Part shown: one piece after another, positions 42,006-53,376 of the stretch
Position numbering within the stretch: the stretch's first letter is position 1
Layout: every line of letters begins with the position of its first letter
Origin: an uncultured Gemmatimonadaceae bacterium
Lineage (GTDB): Bacteria > Gemmatimonadota > Gemmatimonadetes > Gemmatimonadales > Gemmatimonadaceae
Direction of reading: 5' to 3'
Length of the DNA: 64,000 nt
Assembly: GCA_963740355.1 (NCBI GenBank)
Contig: CAVUDW010000002.1
Location: forward strand, 576,001 to 640,000
Translations under genes and position numbers: made by a program
The notes under the pieces: model-generated
Databases searched by the model: none
What the model was told of the DNA's origin: nothing
Seen by the model: only the letters and a program-made list of their open reading frames with translations

Positions 42006-43518
42006 GCCTTCGGCGCTGCTCGATCCATCGGTCGAGCCCGAACTCGTCGTAGACGAATCGCCTGGTCAGTCGGCCGGCAGTGCGGAGCACAATCGTGCCA
42101 TCACCAGCGGTGTAATGTGGCAGGGCGCTTTGCGTTGGCTGTCGCAAGGCGTGAGTTGGACGGCGACCGTCGTAATTGCGCGGCGGCTTTCTGCTGAGGA
42201 CTACGGCATTGCTGGAACGGCTACAGTGCTTGTTGGCCTTCTTTCATTGGTAACAGACGGAGGTTTGGGCCGGGCTCTAGTGATGCGCCGGAATCGGGAT
42301 GATGTCGTTACGCAGCAGGCGTATGGGGGGGCGATCCTGACAGGATTCGCAGCCGCTCTCGCAATGATTCTTGCCGCGTATCCGTTGTCTAGGTTCTATG
42401 CGGAGCCGCGTGTGATGTCCGTGATCGCCGTTCTTTCGGTGGCGCTTGTCTTCAGTGCAGTCAATGCGGTTCCCCTCGCAGTCCTTCAGCAGCAGTTGCA
42501 ATACAAGCAACTGGCCACGATCGAGTTCGGGAGAGCGATCGTTCAGGCGACCACCGTGTTGGTGGGTGCACTCCTCGGCCTACGATACTGGTCACTGGCG
42601 CTTGGGCTGATCGCGGGACATCTCGCCGCGATGCTGCTGGCCCGGCGCTACATAGTCCTGCGCGCGCGTCGGCCTGATCGCGCCACTCTCGGACCAACTA
42701 TTGACTACGCTCGTCAGCTCGTCGTGAGCTCCCTCGCCTGGTATATGTACTCAAGCGCTGACTTCGCCGTTGTTGGCCGCGTCGCTGGGCTTTCTGCACT
42801 TGGCTACTATCAATTTGCATGGAACGTGGCTCAGTTGCCGGGCGAGAAGCTGGCCAACGTGCTGCAATCGGTTGTCGGACCTTTCTTCGGTGCGATAGGC
42901 GATGATAAGAGAGCACTTCGACACTACTTTCTGGTGCTCTCGGAGCTACTCGTCTCCATCATGCTCCCTGTATTGTGTGGATTTGCGTTGGTGAGCCCGG
43001 TGGCAGTGCCACTGATCTTTGGCGCAAAGTGGTTGCCGTCTGTCTCAGTGATGCAGATTCTCGTCATGTGTTCGGCGATCAGCAGCGTGTCTATGTTGAG
43101 TCAACATGTGCTTGGTGCTACAGGGCAGGCAAGAATCACAACGCGGCTCAATATTGGTGCGCTCTTCATTATGCCCATTGGCTTTTACCTAGCCGCGCGC
43201 TACTTCGGGACGTTCGCTGTGGCCTGCGTCTGGCTGTTCGCGCAACCGATACTGATGGGAGTGCCGCTGCTCAGGATGAAGGAGACAATTGACTTGTCGG
43301 TGCCCCAGTACCTGAAGGGTCTCCGCGCTCCGGCGGTATGTGCAGCCATCATGGCTGCGGTCGTTCTCGGCGTAGAATACTTGCTCCGCGATCTGGTCCC
43401 AATCGTGCAGTTGGTCGCAATGAGTCTGGCCGGCGCCATTACGTATGCGGTGGCATTTTACGTGCTCTTCCGTGATAGAGTTCACGCCATTCAGTCGCTT
43501 TGGCGCAACCGGACTTAG
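41992..43518 (+). CDS. wzx: Wzx-type oligosaccharide flippase
   Basis: ARRLSAEDYG, DFAVVGR...LGYYQFA, LIFGAKW; many TMs. Confidence 0.9.
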   Translation: MSGAKPSALLDPSVEPELVVDESPGQSAGSAEHNRAITSGVMWQGALRWLSQGVSWTATVVIARRLSAEDYGIAGTATVLVGLLSLVTDGGLGRALVMRRNRDDVVTQQAYGGAILTGFAAALAMILAAYPLSRFYAEPRVMSVIAVLSVALVFSAVNAVPLAVLQQQLQYKQLATIEFGRAIVQATTVLVGALLGLRYWSLALGLIAGHLAAMLLARRYIVLRARRPDRATLGPTIDYARQLVVSSLAWYMYSSADFAVVGRVAGLSALGYYQFAWNVAQLPGEKLANVLQSVVGPFFGAIGDDKRALRHYFLVLSELLVSIMLPVLCGFALVSPVAVPLIFGAKWLPSVSVMQILVMCSAISSVSMLSQHVLGATGQARITTRLNIGALFIMPIGFYLAARYFGTFAVACVWLFAQPILMGVPLLRMKETIDLSVPQYLKGLRAPAVCAAIMAAVVLGVEYLLRDLVPIVQLVAMSLAGAITYAVAFYVLFRDRVHAIQSLWRNRT

Positions 43519-43600
43519 CGAGCCCGTCTTCAAGCGCTTCGGCCTCAGTCGCGTATGATCGATCGAGGCGCGTTGATCGTATTTCACTTCAACGAGACCG

Positions 43601-44548
43601 ATGACGACGGAATACTGTGTAGTCATACCCGCGCACAACGCTCAAGCATTCTTGCCGGCAACACTGGCTTCAGTTATGAGCCAGACTATACCGCCAAGCG
43701 AAATTATGGTCGTGGATGATGGTTCGAGCGATCTGACCGCCGAAGTTGCGCGGAAGTTTGGTGCAACGGTGATCTCACGGACAGATGCCGGGGGGCCTTC
43801 GGTGTCCCGGAATTTGGGTGTCGCGAACACCGTGTCGCCTGTAGTCGCCTTTATTGACGCAGACGATGAGTGGCTTCCGGATCACGCTGAGCGACTACTT
43901 GCAGCGCTGGGTTTGGTCGGCGTGGCCTTTGCCGGCAGCGACGCCAGTCTTTTTGGGCTTGAGAGTGGCTCGATTACCGCGACACTGCCAAGCGGCGCGG
44001 CAATCGATCTCCGGGATCACCTTCTTGCCAGCAATCCAGTCATCCAATCCGCAGTGATGATTCGTCGCGAAGCCTTTCTGACCTCGGGTGGCTATGATGA
44101 GACAATGCGTCTCTCGGAAGACTACGATCTGTGGACCCGCGTCGCGGAGGTTGGATCATTTTCGCATGTCGGCGTGCCAACGGTTCGTCGACGGATTCAT
44201 CGCGATCAGGCAACTGGTCGGTTTCGACCGGAGCTCGTGCGTGCTTGGTGGCTTGTTCGGAGGCGAGCTGTAGCCCGGAGGCTGAAGACTGCTGGCGAAC
44301 TGGAGAAGCTCAGGGTTCTCCAAATTCTGAAGTCTGCAGGTGCCGCCGATGTTGAATGGGCAGTGTGGACAGGTGACAGCGCCATGCTCACGCTTGTTCG
44401 TGAGGAGCTCAAGCAAGCGGACGCCGACCTTGGACTCGGCGCGACTCTTGGTGCGATCGGGGGTGAGGGAGTGCCGGCGCGGAGACTAGCACAGGACGTG
44501 CGGTGCGGCAGCCGGTCGCTTCTGCAAAAATTGCAGGGAGAGCGATGA
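43601..44548 (+). CDS. GT2 family glycosyltransferase
   Basis: VVIPAHN, VVDDGSSD, FIDADD, SEDYDLW. Confidence 0.92.
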   Translation: MTTEYCVVIPAHNAQAFLPATLASVMSQTIPPSEIMVVDDGSSDLTAEVARKFGATVISRTDAGGPSVSRNLGVANTVSPVVAFIDADDEWLPDHAERLLAALGLVGVAFAGSDASLFGLESGSITATLPSGAAIDLRDHLLASNPVIQSAVMIRREAFLTSGGYDETMRLSEDYDLWTRVAEVGSFSHVGVPTVRRRIHRDQATGRFRPELVRAWWLVRRRAVARRLKTAGELEKLRVLQILKSAGAADVEWAVWTGDSAMLTLVREELKQADADLGLGATLGAIGGEGVPARRLAQDVRCGSRSLLQKLQGER

Positions 44549-45648
44549 GTTCGACGAAGACGAGAGTCTTGATCGTCGGGCCGTCCTTACGCTACCTGGG
44601 TGGTCAAGCAGTACAGGCTCAGCGTTTGCTGAAAGGCCTCATGGAAATGTCCGAGCTCTCGGTCCAGTATCTCATAGTCGATCCCGTACTTCCAAGCCCG
44701 TTCGCGTCGCTCCAACGCCTGCCAGTGCTGCGCACGCTCGTGACGAGTGCGGCCTACGTCGGGCGGCTTTTGCGCACCATAGGAAGTGCGGACACGATCC
44801 ATATTTTTTCGGCATCATACTGGAGTTTCCTTATCGCGCCGGCGCCAGCGCTCGTGCTCGGCCGAATATTTAAGAAACGGGTGGTGTTGAACTACCACAG
44901 CGGAGAAGCAGACGACCACCTTCGTCGCTGGGGTTGGCACGCAAAACCCCTGATGCGCCTCGCGGACGCGATTGTCGTTCCGACGGATTACCTCGTAGAG
45001 GTCTTTCGAAAGCATGGAATCACCGCAAGCGCAATAGCGAATCATGTTGAGGCAGGCGCGTTGACGTACCGCGCACGAACATCGATTTCACCCCGAATTC
45101 TCAGCAATAGGAATTTTGAGCTGCACTACAACGTTGCCGCGGTTCTCGAGGCTTTCCGAATCGTACAGCGACAGTATACGGAGGCGGAGCTTATTGTTGT
45201 CGGCAATGGATCATTGCGCGAGGAACTGCAGGCACTCGCCAAAAAGCTCGAGCTGAGCAATGTCACATTTACCGGGCCGGTGAAGCCCGAGACGATGGCT
45301 CGATACTATGATGATGCGGACGTTTTCGTTAATGCGTCGCTCATTGACAACATGCCATTGTCAATCCTTGAGGCATACTGCGCCGGCCTCCCCGTGGTAA
45401 CATCAGATGCGGGTGGTATTCCGTGGATTGCGAAGGACGGTGTGACCGCGCTTGTAGTGCCTGCTGGGGATGTGACTGCCTTAGCGGCCGGAATGATTGC
45501 GGTGTTGAAGTCTCCAGACGCCGCAATTCAACGGGCTGCACGGGCAAATGAGTATGTGAACACCGACTTCGCATGGTCCAGAGTGAAAGGCGCGTGGGCG
45601 GACGTGTATGGCGCTAGCCAAACGCCAGCTCGATCGGGCCCAATTTGA
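44545..45648 (+). CDS. GT4 family glycosyltransferase
   Basis: LNYHSGEA, SNRNFELHY, DNMPLSILEA, VTSDAGGIP. Confidence 0.92.
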   Translation: MSSTKTRVLIVGPSLRYLGGQAVQAQRLLKGLMEMSELSVQYLIVDPVLPSPFASLQRLPVLRTLVTSAAYVGRLLRTIGSADTIHIFSASYWSFLIAPAPALVLGRIFKKRVVLNYHSGEADDHLRRWGWHAKPLMRLADAIVVPTDYLVEVFRKHGITASAIANHVEAGALTYRARTSISPRILSNRNFELHYNVAAVLEAFRIVQRQYTEAELIVVGNGSLREELQALAKKLELSNVTFTGPVKPETMARYYDDADVFVNASLIDNMPLSILEAYCAGLPVVTSDAGGIPWIAKDGVTALVVPAGDVTALAAGMIAVLKSPDAAIQRAARANEYVNTDFAWSRVKGAWADVYGASQTPARSGPI

Positions 45649-46126
45649 ATTCGTCGGGCAAGCTTGCTCATCCTTCGAGCAATTGCAGGCCGACGCCGTC
45701 TGATCGTGTTCGACCAGAGATGACCGTTAGTTGCGAGGCGTCGATCGATGAGAAAGGCGGAAGCACTCGTGACGGGAGCCGTAGCAGCGCTTACTCTTGC
45801 AGCCTTCGCAAGATATTGAGACTGGCTGTCTCAGAGGTTGAGAAAAGCCGTTGTGACGAGACGGCGGCTGACAGCTTCCATTCGTTGATGAACATTTCGG
45901 CGGGCGCGATCCGAATAGACTGCCATTCTGTCTTTCAAGGCTTGACGATCCTGCTCCTTATGCTTGTGGAAGACTTTCGGGTTTTGAGCGGGCGAGGTAT
46001 TCGCAAATGCATAGCGTGGTTGTTGCGGCTTAGTAGGTCTATCTGTTCCCGCGCTGGTTTGGTAAGCAAGTCAGTCTTCCTGCCCTATCGTATGCCAGGG
46101 CAGGTAGATAGCCCTCTAAGTCGAGC

Positions 46127-48352
46127 GTGGTCTTGAAGAACAGGTTGAAAGGACGAACCGGTGCCGAGCTGCGCGATAGACTTGTGCAACTTGCGCGTGC
46201 CATTGCCGAGCGCCGCGGCTTCATTCCTGCGGCCGTTCTGTCTGACGACGTCCGGCTTCAACCCTCGTCTCCCTGGGGGCAGGTAGATCGCGCAGCCGTG
46301 CAACTCAGGCTTTCTGCGGACGAGAAAGCAGTTCTCATCTCGGCCGCTTCCCAGACAGTAAACTTGGCGTTCAACCTCCTTGGCCTGACTGCACTCTCGT
46401 ATGCCTCCCCGGTGAATTGGCAACTGGACCCGATCTCAGGCCGCGAGGCCATCCTCGTCCACTGGAGCCGGGTCCCCTACCTCGATTACGACCGTGTTGG
46501 AGATCACAAAGTCACCTGGGAGCTCAATCGCCATCAGTGGTTGATTACTCTTGGGCAGGCGTGGTTACTCACAGGTGAATCGCGCTACGCAGCTACTGCC
46601 GCACGGCTTCTCCGCGAATGGCTCGACGCCAATCCGCCGAAGCTTGGTATCAACTGGTGTAGTTCCCTCGAACTGGCTTTCCGTGTACAGGCATGGATAC
46701 AAGGGCTACGCCTATTCGAGGGCGCGGCAGAGCTGACCGAGTCGCTAAAGCGAGATGTCGTGGCATCCGCTGCATTGCAGATTGAGCATATCGCCCGCAA
46801 TCTCTCGACGTGGTTCAGCCCGAACACGCATCTGACCGGAGAAGCGCTGGCACTACTCAGCGCTGGTTGCGCCTGGCCCGACCTACCGCACGCGGCGAAA
46901 TGGCGCTCGGTCGGCTGGCAGATCCTGTGCGATGAGCTGCGTAGACAGGTGAGAGCCGATGGCGTGTACTTCGAGCAGAGTGCATGGTATCAGGCCTACA
47001 CGCTTGATTTCTACACACTCGGGCTGACTTGGGCGCGACATGCAGAGCTCCCGATCCCCGTCGGTATGCCGAGCCAGATCCGTGCCATTGGCCGTGCACT
47101 GCGCGCCGTGACGCGACCAGACGGGACGATTGCTCGCCTCGGTGACGACGATGGCGGAAGAACGCTCCCACTCGTCGCTCTGGCTTTCGGAGACATGACG
47201 GACTGCCTCTGGCGCGCCGCCGTGGTGTTGGACGATGACTCCCTCGTACCGCCAACTGAAGCCGGACGCAGCGCCTTGCTCTGGCTCGAAGGCGCCGCCG
47301 TCTTTGACCGCATGGCGTTGAAAGATGCGAGTGAGCTCGCTCGCAATTCTGGCATCCTCGGCGACGGTGGCTGGATCACGCTCGCGGAGCGGGGGGACAT
47401 CCCTTCGCGCGATCACTGGCTCGTCTTTGACGCAGGTCCGCATGGCGCACTGACGCATGCCCACTCCCATGCCGACGCACTCGCGTTCGACCTGAGCGTG
47501 CATGGGATACCTCTGCTCGTCGATCCTGGCACGGGTGCCTACGTAGGTGAGATGCGGCGTCGGTACCGGAGCACCGCCGTCCACAATACGGTGACGGTGG
47601 ACGCTACCGATTCGTCTGAGCAAGGAAGCTCCTTCAACTGGCGAACGACGGCTTGCACCGAGGTGGAAGGGTTTCGGGCAACAGACGCAGCAAGCTTCGT
47701 TACGGCTTCGCACGATGGCTACCAGCGCCTTCCCGATCCTGTGCGGCACCGCCGCACCATTCTTCGTTTCGCCCGGCACTACTGGATCATGCTCGACGCA
47801 CTCGACGCCGCATCAGCGCACCATGTCTCGCTCACTTTTCAAAGTGCGCCTGGCGCGGTCGTAGATCGGAAGACGCCTCAAGTATTCAGCATCGAGAGCG
47901 AACACGCTCGACTGTTCGTTGCGCTCGACCCTCACCTTGAGGGTGCCATCGAGGAACGTATGGTTTCCCGTGCTTATGCATTGCAGGAGCCCGCGCACGC
48001 GGTGATTGCAACCGCGGGCGTCAACGCTCCGATCGTATTCTGCACGGCCTTTGGTGCGGATGACGAGTCTGGTGAGTTGCGAGTCGTGAAAGGGCCACTC
48101 TCCGCGAGTTGGCGAATCTCGCACGCGCGCGGCGAAGATCTAGTCGCGTCGCCCTTTGGCACCGCAGTCGTGCTTGGTCCAGCTCGCTTCGATGGTACAG
48201 TCCTCGCACTGCTGGGTGGCGAGAATCCTCACACGATCGTGGCGGCGGGTGCTGGAACCCTCCATCTTGCGAATCGTGTGTTTCAACTTGGAACAAACGA
48301 CATCTGCGTCGCGCGTTGCGCACCGGATGGGTCTTGGACGATGGAGTCCTGA
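46127..48352 (+). CDS. heparinase II/III-family (alginate-lyase-like) protein
   Basis: WELNRHQW, NTHL, DGVYFEQS, HSHADAL, LVDPGT, RSTAVHNTV, HDGY. Confidence 0.88.
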   Translation: MVLKNRLKGRTGAELRDRLVQLARAIAERRGFIPAAVLSDDVRLQPSSPWGQVDRAAVQLRLSADEKAVLISAASQTVNLAFNLLGLTALSYASPVNWQLDPISGREAILVHWSRVPYLDYDRVGDHKVTWELNRHQWLITLGQAWLLTGESRYAATAARLLREWLDANPPKLGINWCSSLELAFRVQAWIQGLRLFEGAAELTESLKRDVVASAALQIEHIARNLSTWFSPNTHLTGEALALLSAGCAWPDLPHAAKWRSVGWQILCDELRRQVRADGVYFEQSAWYQAYTLDFYTLGLTWARHAELPIPVGMPSQIRAIGRALRAVTRPDGTIARLGDDDGGRTLPLVALAFGDMTDCLWRAAVVLDDDSLVPPTEAGRSALLWLEGAAVFDRMALKDASELARNSGILGDGGWITLAERGDIPSRDHWLVFDAGPHGALTHAHSHADALAFDLSVHGIPLLVDPGTGAYVGEMRRRYRSTAVHNTVTVDATDSSEQGSSFNWRTTACTEVEGFRATDAASFVTASHDGYQRLPDPVRHRRTILRFARHYWIMLDALDAASAHHVSLTFQSAPGAVVDRKTPQVFSIESEHARLFVALDPHLEGAIEERMVSRAYALQEPAHAVIATAGVNAPIVFCTAFGADDESGELRVVKGPLSASWRISHARGEDLVASPFGTAVVLGPARFDGTVLALLGGENPHTIVAAGAGTLHLANRVFQLGTNDICVARCAPDGSWTMES

Positions 48353-48355
48353 ACG

Positions 48356-50322
48356 ATGTGTGGTATCTGTGGCATTGCCATTCCTGAACGCCTGCAACGG
48401 CCAGTCGACCAATCGCGGCTGACGCGTATGCGCGATACGCTCGTGCATCGTGGGCCCGACGGTTCGGGCCTCTTCGTCGATGGCCCCATTGGCCTCGGGC
48501 ATCGTCGCTTGAGCATCGTCGATGTGGCGCATGGCGCACAGCCCATGACCACCGACGACGGGCGGAGCACCATCGTCTACAACGGCGAAGTGTTCAACCA
48601 TCCCCAACTGATGGCCGGACTGCAGTCGGAAGGGGTGCCATACCACACCCACTGCGACACCGAAACGGTCCTGCACCTGTACGCGCGCCACGGCCGAGAC
48701 TTCGTCAACCAGTGCCGCGGCATGTTCGCCATCGCAATCTGGGACCGCGCCGATCGCACGCTGACGCTTGCGCGCGACCGGTTCGGCGTGAAGCCGCTGT
48801 ACTACGTACATGCGGAGGATGGCACGCTCTTCTTTGCGTCGGAGATCAAGGCCCTCGTCGCCGCGGGCGCCGTGTCGCCCGGCCTGAACATGGCGGCTTT
48901 TCCTGATTTCCTCGCCAACCATGCACCGAGCGGGAACGACACGCTGTTCCACGGCGTCAAGCGGCTGCCACCTGGGCATACGCTGGTGTGGAGCGAGGGC
49001 ACGATCGAAATCAAGCAGTACTGGGACCTGTCTTTCGTTCCAGACGCGACGCTGGCACGCGCGAGCGACGCAGACCTCGTGGCGGAGTACAGCGCGCGCT
49101 TCGAAGAGGCGGTGCGCCTTCGCCTCATGGCCGACGTTCCGCTCGGCATGTTTCTCTCCGGTGGCATCGACTCAGCGGCAATCACCGCCGTGATGAGCGG
49201 CATGGTCGATGGACCGATCAAGACATTCTCGGTGGCCTTCGCGGAGCGCGAAGCAAACGAGTTGCGATACGCCAGAATCGTCTCGGAGCGCTATCGCACG
49301 GAGCACCACGAAATCGTCGTCACGCCTGAGCAATTCTGGGATGCACTGCCGACGCTGATCTGGCATGAGGATGAGCCGATTGCGCATCCGAGCTCCGTTG
49401 CACTCAACTTCGTGTCGCGGCTCGCCGCAGAACACGTCAAGGTCGTGCTCACTGGTGAAGGGAGTGACGAGACGTTGGCGGGCTACAATCGCTATCGCGT
49501 CACGGTGGCCAACATGCAGTTGGGAGGCATGTGGGAGAAGGTTGTGCCTGGCGCGGTCCGCCACGCACTGAGCGGCGCGATCGGGGATGTGGGCAGTGCC
49601 GGAGTCCGCGGAAAGTTGGCGCGGACGTTTCTGGCGCGTCCGGCCAACCTCGACGCGATGTACTTCGACAATTTCGCGGTCTTTGCCCCGAATCGGCTGT
49701 CATCGCTGCTCTCGCCGAAACGAGGGCGGCGGTCGCCGGCATCGATGCTTACGCAGCCTACCATGCCGCCATCGAGCACAGTGATGCCCCGACGCTGCTG
49801 GGGAAGTTGTTGTATGCCGACACCAAGACCTACCTGCACGAACTGCTGATGAAGCAGGACCAGATGAGCATGGCTGCCTCGATCGAAAGTCGTGTGCCGT
49901 TTCTCGATCATCCATTGGCGGAGTTTGCAGCGCGCATGCCGGAGCGCATGAAGCTGCGCGGGATGACCACCAAGTGGGTGCTGCGTCAGGCGATGAAGGA
50001 TCGACTGCCCGAGGAGATCCTTTCGCGCAAGAAAATGGGATTCCCCGTACCGGTCGGGAGCTGGTTCCGCGGTGCGTGGCGTCACCTGCTCGACGAATTC
50101 GTGGTCTCGGAACGCGCGCTCTCACGCGGGCTGTTCACGCCAGACGTCGTCCGTCGACTCGTCGCAGGCCACGTCGGTGGCGAGAACCACACCGAACGGT
50201 TGTGGGCCCTGCTCACTCTCGAGATCTGGCAACGCATCTTCATCGATGGCGAGGATCCTGCGTCCATCCGCATGCGACCCGAGTCCGTGACGGTCTCGAT
50301 GTCACGACCGGTCGCCGCCTGA
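48356..50322 (+). CDS. asnB: asparagine synthase-like glutamine amidotransferase, split by a 1-nt frameshift near 49717
   Basis: MCGI, HRGPD, LSGGIDS, GEGSDE in frame 1; DQMSMAASIESRVPFLDH and KMGFPVP in the other frame. Confidence 0.9.
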
Positions 50323-50330
50323 ACCCCCGC

Positions 50331-51569
50331 ATGCACATTCTCTGGATCAAGACGGAACTGCTGCACCCGGTGGACAAGGGTGGCCGCATCCGGACCTACC
50401 AGATGCTCCGCGCACTGGCTCGCCAGCACGAAGTCACCTACCTCACGCTGGACGACGGGACGGCCGCACCCGACGCCGTCGCAAAGGCGACGGAGTACTG
50501 CGCGCGCGTGGAGATCGTCCCCTTTGCGCCGCCGGCGAAGGGGAGTCTCGGGTTCTACTCGGCGCTGGTGGGGAACCTCCTCTCGCCGTTGCCGTATGCA
50601 ATCGCTCGCTACGAGGTGCCGGCGCTGCGGGATCGGATCCGGCCGATCTGTGCCTCGCGCAAGGTGGACGTCGTGGTCTGCGACTTCCTCGCGCCGTCGA
50701 TCAACGTCCCGGATGACCTCGGCGTGCCGGTGGTGCTGTTCCAGCACAACGTCGAAGCGATGATCTGGGAGCGCCACGCGCAGGTGGCGACGCACCCGCT
50801 GAAGAAGGCCTACATGCAGGAGCAGTGGCGGCGGATGAAGCGGTTCGAGGCGGCGGAGTGCCGTCGTGTGAGCAGTGTGGTGGCCGTCTCGACCCAGGAT
50901 GCGGAAGTGTTCCGGCGCGACTACGGCGTGGCCGAGGTGCCTGACGTGCCCACGGGTGTCGATACCGACTACTTCGTGCGGCAGCCGGAGATTGCGCGTA
51001 CACCGGGATCGATGGTGTTCACCGGCTCGATGGACTGGATGCCGAACGAGGATGGCATCGCCTGGTTCGTCGAGTCCATCCTGCCGCGGATCCAGTCCGC
51101 CGTACCGGACGCGACACTCACCATCGTCGGGCGCAATCCCACGGCGAAGGTGAAGTCGCTGCACGCACCGGCTGCGGGTGTCACCGTGACCGGTTCGGTG
51201 CCGGACGTGCGTCCGTATCTCGCGTCGCATCAGCTCTTCATCGTGCCACTGCGCGTTGGTGGTGGCACTCGGCTCAAGATTTACGAAGGCATGACCATGG
51301 GGCTGCCGACCGTCTCCACGACCATCGGGGCCGAAGGATTGCCGGTGGTGCCTGGTGAGCACCTGATGCTGGCGGACGACCCCGAGTCGTTTGCGCGTGA
51401 GTGCATTGCGCTGCTGCGTGATCCTGTGCGGTCCGCGGCCATGGGTGACGCTGCCGACTCGTACGTCCGTCAGCAGTTCGGGTGGGATGGTGTGGCGCGT
51501 CGATTTGCCGAATTCTGTCAGGCCGTGATTCCCACCGCCTCGACGTCACTTACTGGAATGCAAGCATGA
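50331..51569 (+). CDS. GT4 family glycosyltransferase (exosortase-locus type)
   Basis: GGRIRTY, QHNVE, FTGSMDWMPNEDG, GGTRLKIYE. Confidence 0.9.
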   Translation: MHILWIKTELLHPVDKGGRIRTYQMLRALARQHEVTYLTLDDGTAAPDAVAKATEYCARVEIVPFAPPAKGSLGFYSALVGNLLSPLPYAIARYEVPALRDRIRPICASRKVDVVVCDFLAPSINVPDDLGVPVVLFQHNVEAMIWERHAQVATHPLKKAYMQEQWRRMKRFEAAECRRVSSVVAVSTQDAEVFRRDYGVAEVPDVPTGVDTDYFVRQPEIARTPGSMVFTGSMDWMPNEDGIAWFVESILPRIQSAVPDATLTIVGRNPTAKVKSLHAPAAGVTVTGSVPDVRPYLASHQLFIVPLRVGGGTRLKIYEGMTMGLPTVSTTIGAEGLPVVPGEHLMLADDPESFARECIALLRDPVRSAAMGDAADSYVRQQFGWDGVARRFAEFCQAVIPTASTSLTGMQA

Positions 51570-52884
51570 GCTCCGTCAGCGTCTTCGGTCTTGGGTATGT
51601 GGGCTGCGTCTCCTCGGCGTGTCTGGCCCGCGAGGGGCACACGGTGATCGGTGTGGACGTGAACCCGACGAAGGTGGCCCTGGTCAACAGCGGCCGATCC
51701 ACGATCGTGGAGGAGGGGATCGCCGAGCTGGTGACGCAGATGGTGTCGAGCGGCCGGCTGCGCGCCACCACGAGCGTGGCCGAGGCGGTGCACGCCTCCG
51801 ACATCTCGCTGGTGTGTGTCGGGACGCCGAGTGCGTCGAACGGTGCATTGGACCTCAGCTACGTGGAGCGGGTCTGCGTCGAGATCGGCGAGGCGATCCG
51901 TGACAAGGCCACCTTCCACACGATCGTGATCCGCAGCACGGTGCTTCCCGGCACGGTGCACGGTGTCGCGACGCCGGCGCTGGAGCGCGGGTCGGGGAAG
52001 CGGGCCGGTGTCGATTTCGGGGTCTGCAGCAATCCGGAGTTCCTGCGCGAAGGCACGTCGATCAAGGACTTCCTCGATCCGCCGTTCACGCTGATCGGTG
52101 CCGACACCGACCAGGCCGCCGACGCGGTGAAGTCGCTGTATGCCGGTCTCGAGGCGCCGGTGCATGTGGTGGCCGTGCGTGTGGCCGAGATGGTCAAGTA
52201 CGCCTGCAACTGCTACCACGGGCTGAAGGTCGGCTTCGCGAACGAGATCGGCAACATCTGCAAGGCGCTCGACGTGGACAGCCACGAGGTGATGCGTGTG
52301 TTCTGCGAAGACCGCAAGCTGAACATCTCGGCGGCCTACCTGAAGCCGGGGTTCGCGTTCGGCGGCAGCTGCCTGCCGAAGGACCTGCGGGCCGTGACCC
52401 ACAAGGCGCGTGAGCTCGACATCGAGACGCCGATCCTGCGGGCGACGCTCGAGAGCAATCGCCGGCAGATCGAGCGCGCATTTGCCATGATCCAGAAGAC
52501 AGGAGCACGGAAGATCGGGATGCTGGGCATGAGCTTCAAGCCGGGCACCGACGACCTGCGTGAGAGCCCGCTGGTGGCGCTGATCGAGCTGATGGTGGGC
52601 AAGGGCATGGAGCTGGCGATCTACGACCGCGATGTGTCCGAGGCGCAGCTGATCGGCGCCAACAAGGACTACATCGAGGGGGAGATCCCGCACATCTGGT
52701 CACTGATGCGCGGCAGCGCGCTCGACGTGATCGAGCATGGGGACGTGGTGGTGGTGGGCAATGCCACCGGCGAGATCCGCGCGCTGGGAGAGGCGAGCTT
52801 CGCGGGAAGACGGTGATCGACCTGGCGCGGCTGTTCAGCCGGAAGCCGGCGGGGGTGATGGCGTATGACGGGATTTGCTGGTAG
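51566..52884 (+). CDS. algD: GDP-mannose/nucleotide-sugar 6-dehydrogenase; last ~26 codons frameshifted near 52805
   Basis: GLGYVG, CVGTP, NPEFLREG, GGSCLPKD, SFKPGTDDLRESP; shifted frame ends KTVIDLAR...YDGICW like AlgD. Confidence 0.85.
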
Positions 52885-53261
52885 GGTCGGTCGGGTGTCG
52901 GCTGGGCCTTTTTCAGCCCTTGGCCGCGCCCCATGGCCGTGCCTTGCACCACTGACCGATAGGTCAGCCTCGCCGTATCAGTCAGACGGCACGGCACAGA
53001 ACCTGCCATAACACGCGCAGGCGATCTGAGACCGAATCACTGTGACTTGCGTGGCTATTCGCACCGAGCCAGACGAGTGATCAGATGATCACTCGCTTTG
53101 TTTTCGGATGACGTTACAGGTGACGCCCTCCTCTACGATTTCCGTTCCCCCGTAAGGCAGAACAAATGTGACGGCACCACGGTCACAGCGTCTGAAGGGG
53201 GTAGTTGCACCGATACCTCAGGTAATCGACTGCGGCAGGATCGTAGACCGCCCTTGGCGGG

Positions 53262-53360
53262 AGCGACAAAGGCAAACCCGGTGAAAACCGGGGACGCAAA
53301 ACCACGGGACTTCGAGGCACCTCACATGGGAGGGCCTCATGTCGGCCGGGTCGCCGAACA
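53262..53360 (+). ncRNA. cyclic di-GMP-I (GEMM) riboswitch
   Basis: GACAAAGGCAAA-CCCGGT-GAAA-ACCGGG-GACGCAAAACC...GGCCGGGTCGCCGAA matches the GEMM consensus; lies just 5' of RBS and ATG 53377. Confidence 0.9.
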
Positions 53361-53376
53361 CCCCGACGGAGGGGAA

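Noticed and set aside
45645..46136. 163-aa ORF
   Set aside because: TTG start, no motif and atypical composition; treated as intergenic.
53262..53360. cGAMP-sensing GEMM-Ib variant
   Set aside because: The discriminating position is G (AAAGGCAAA), not A.
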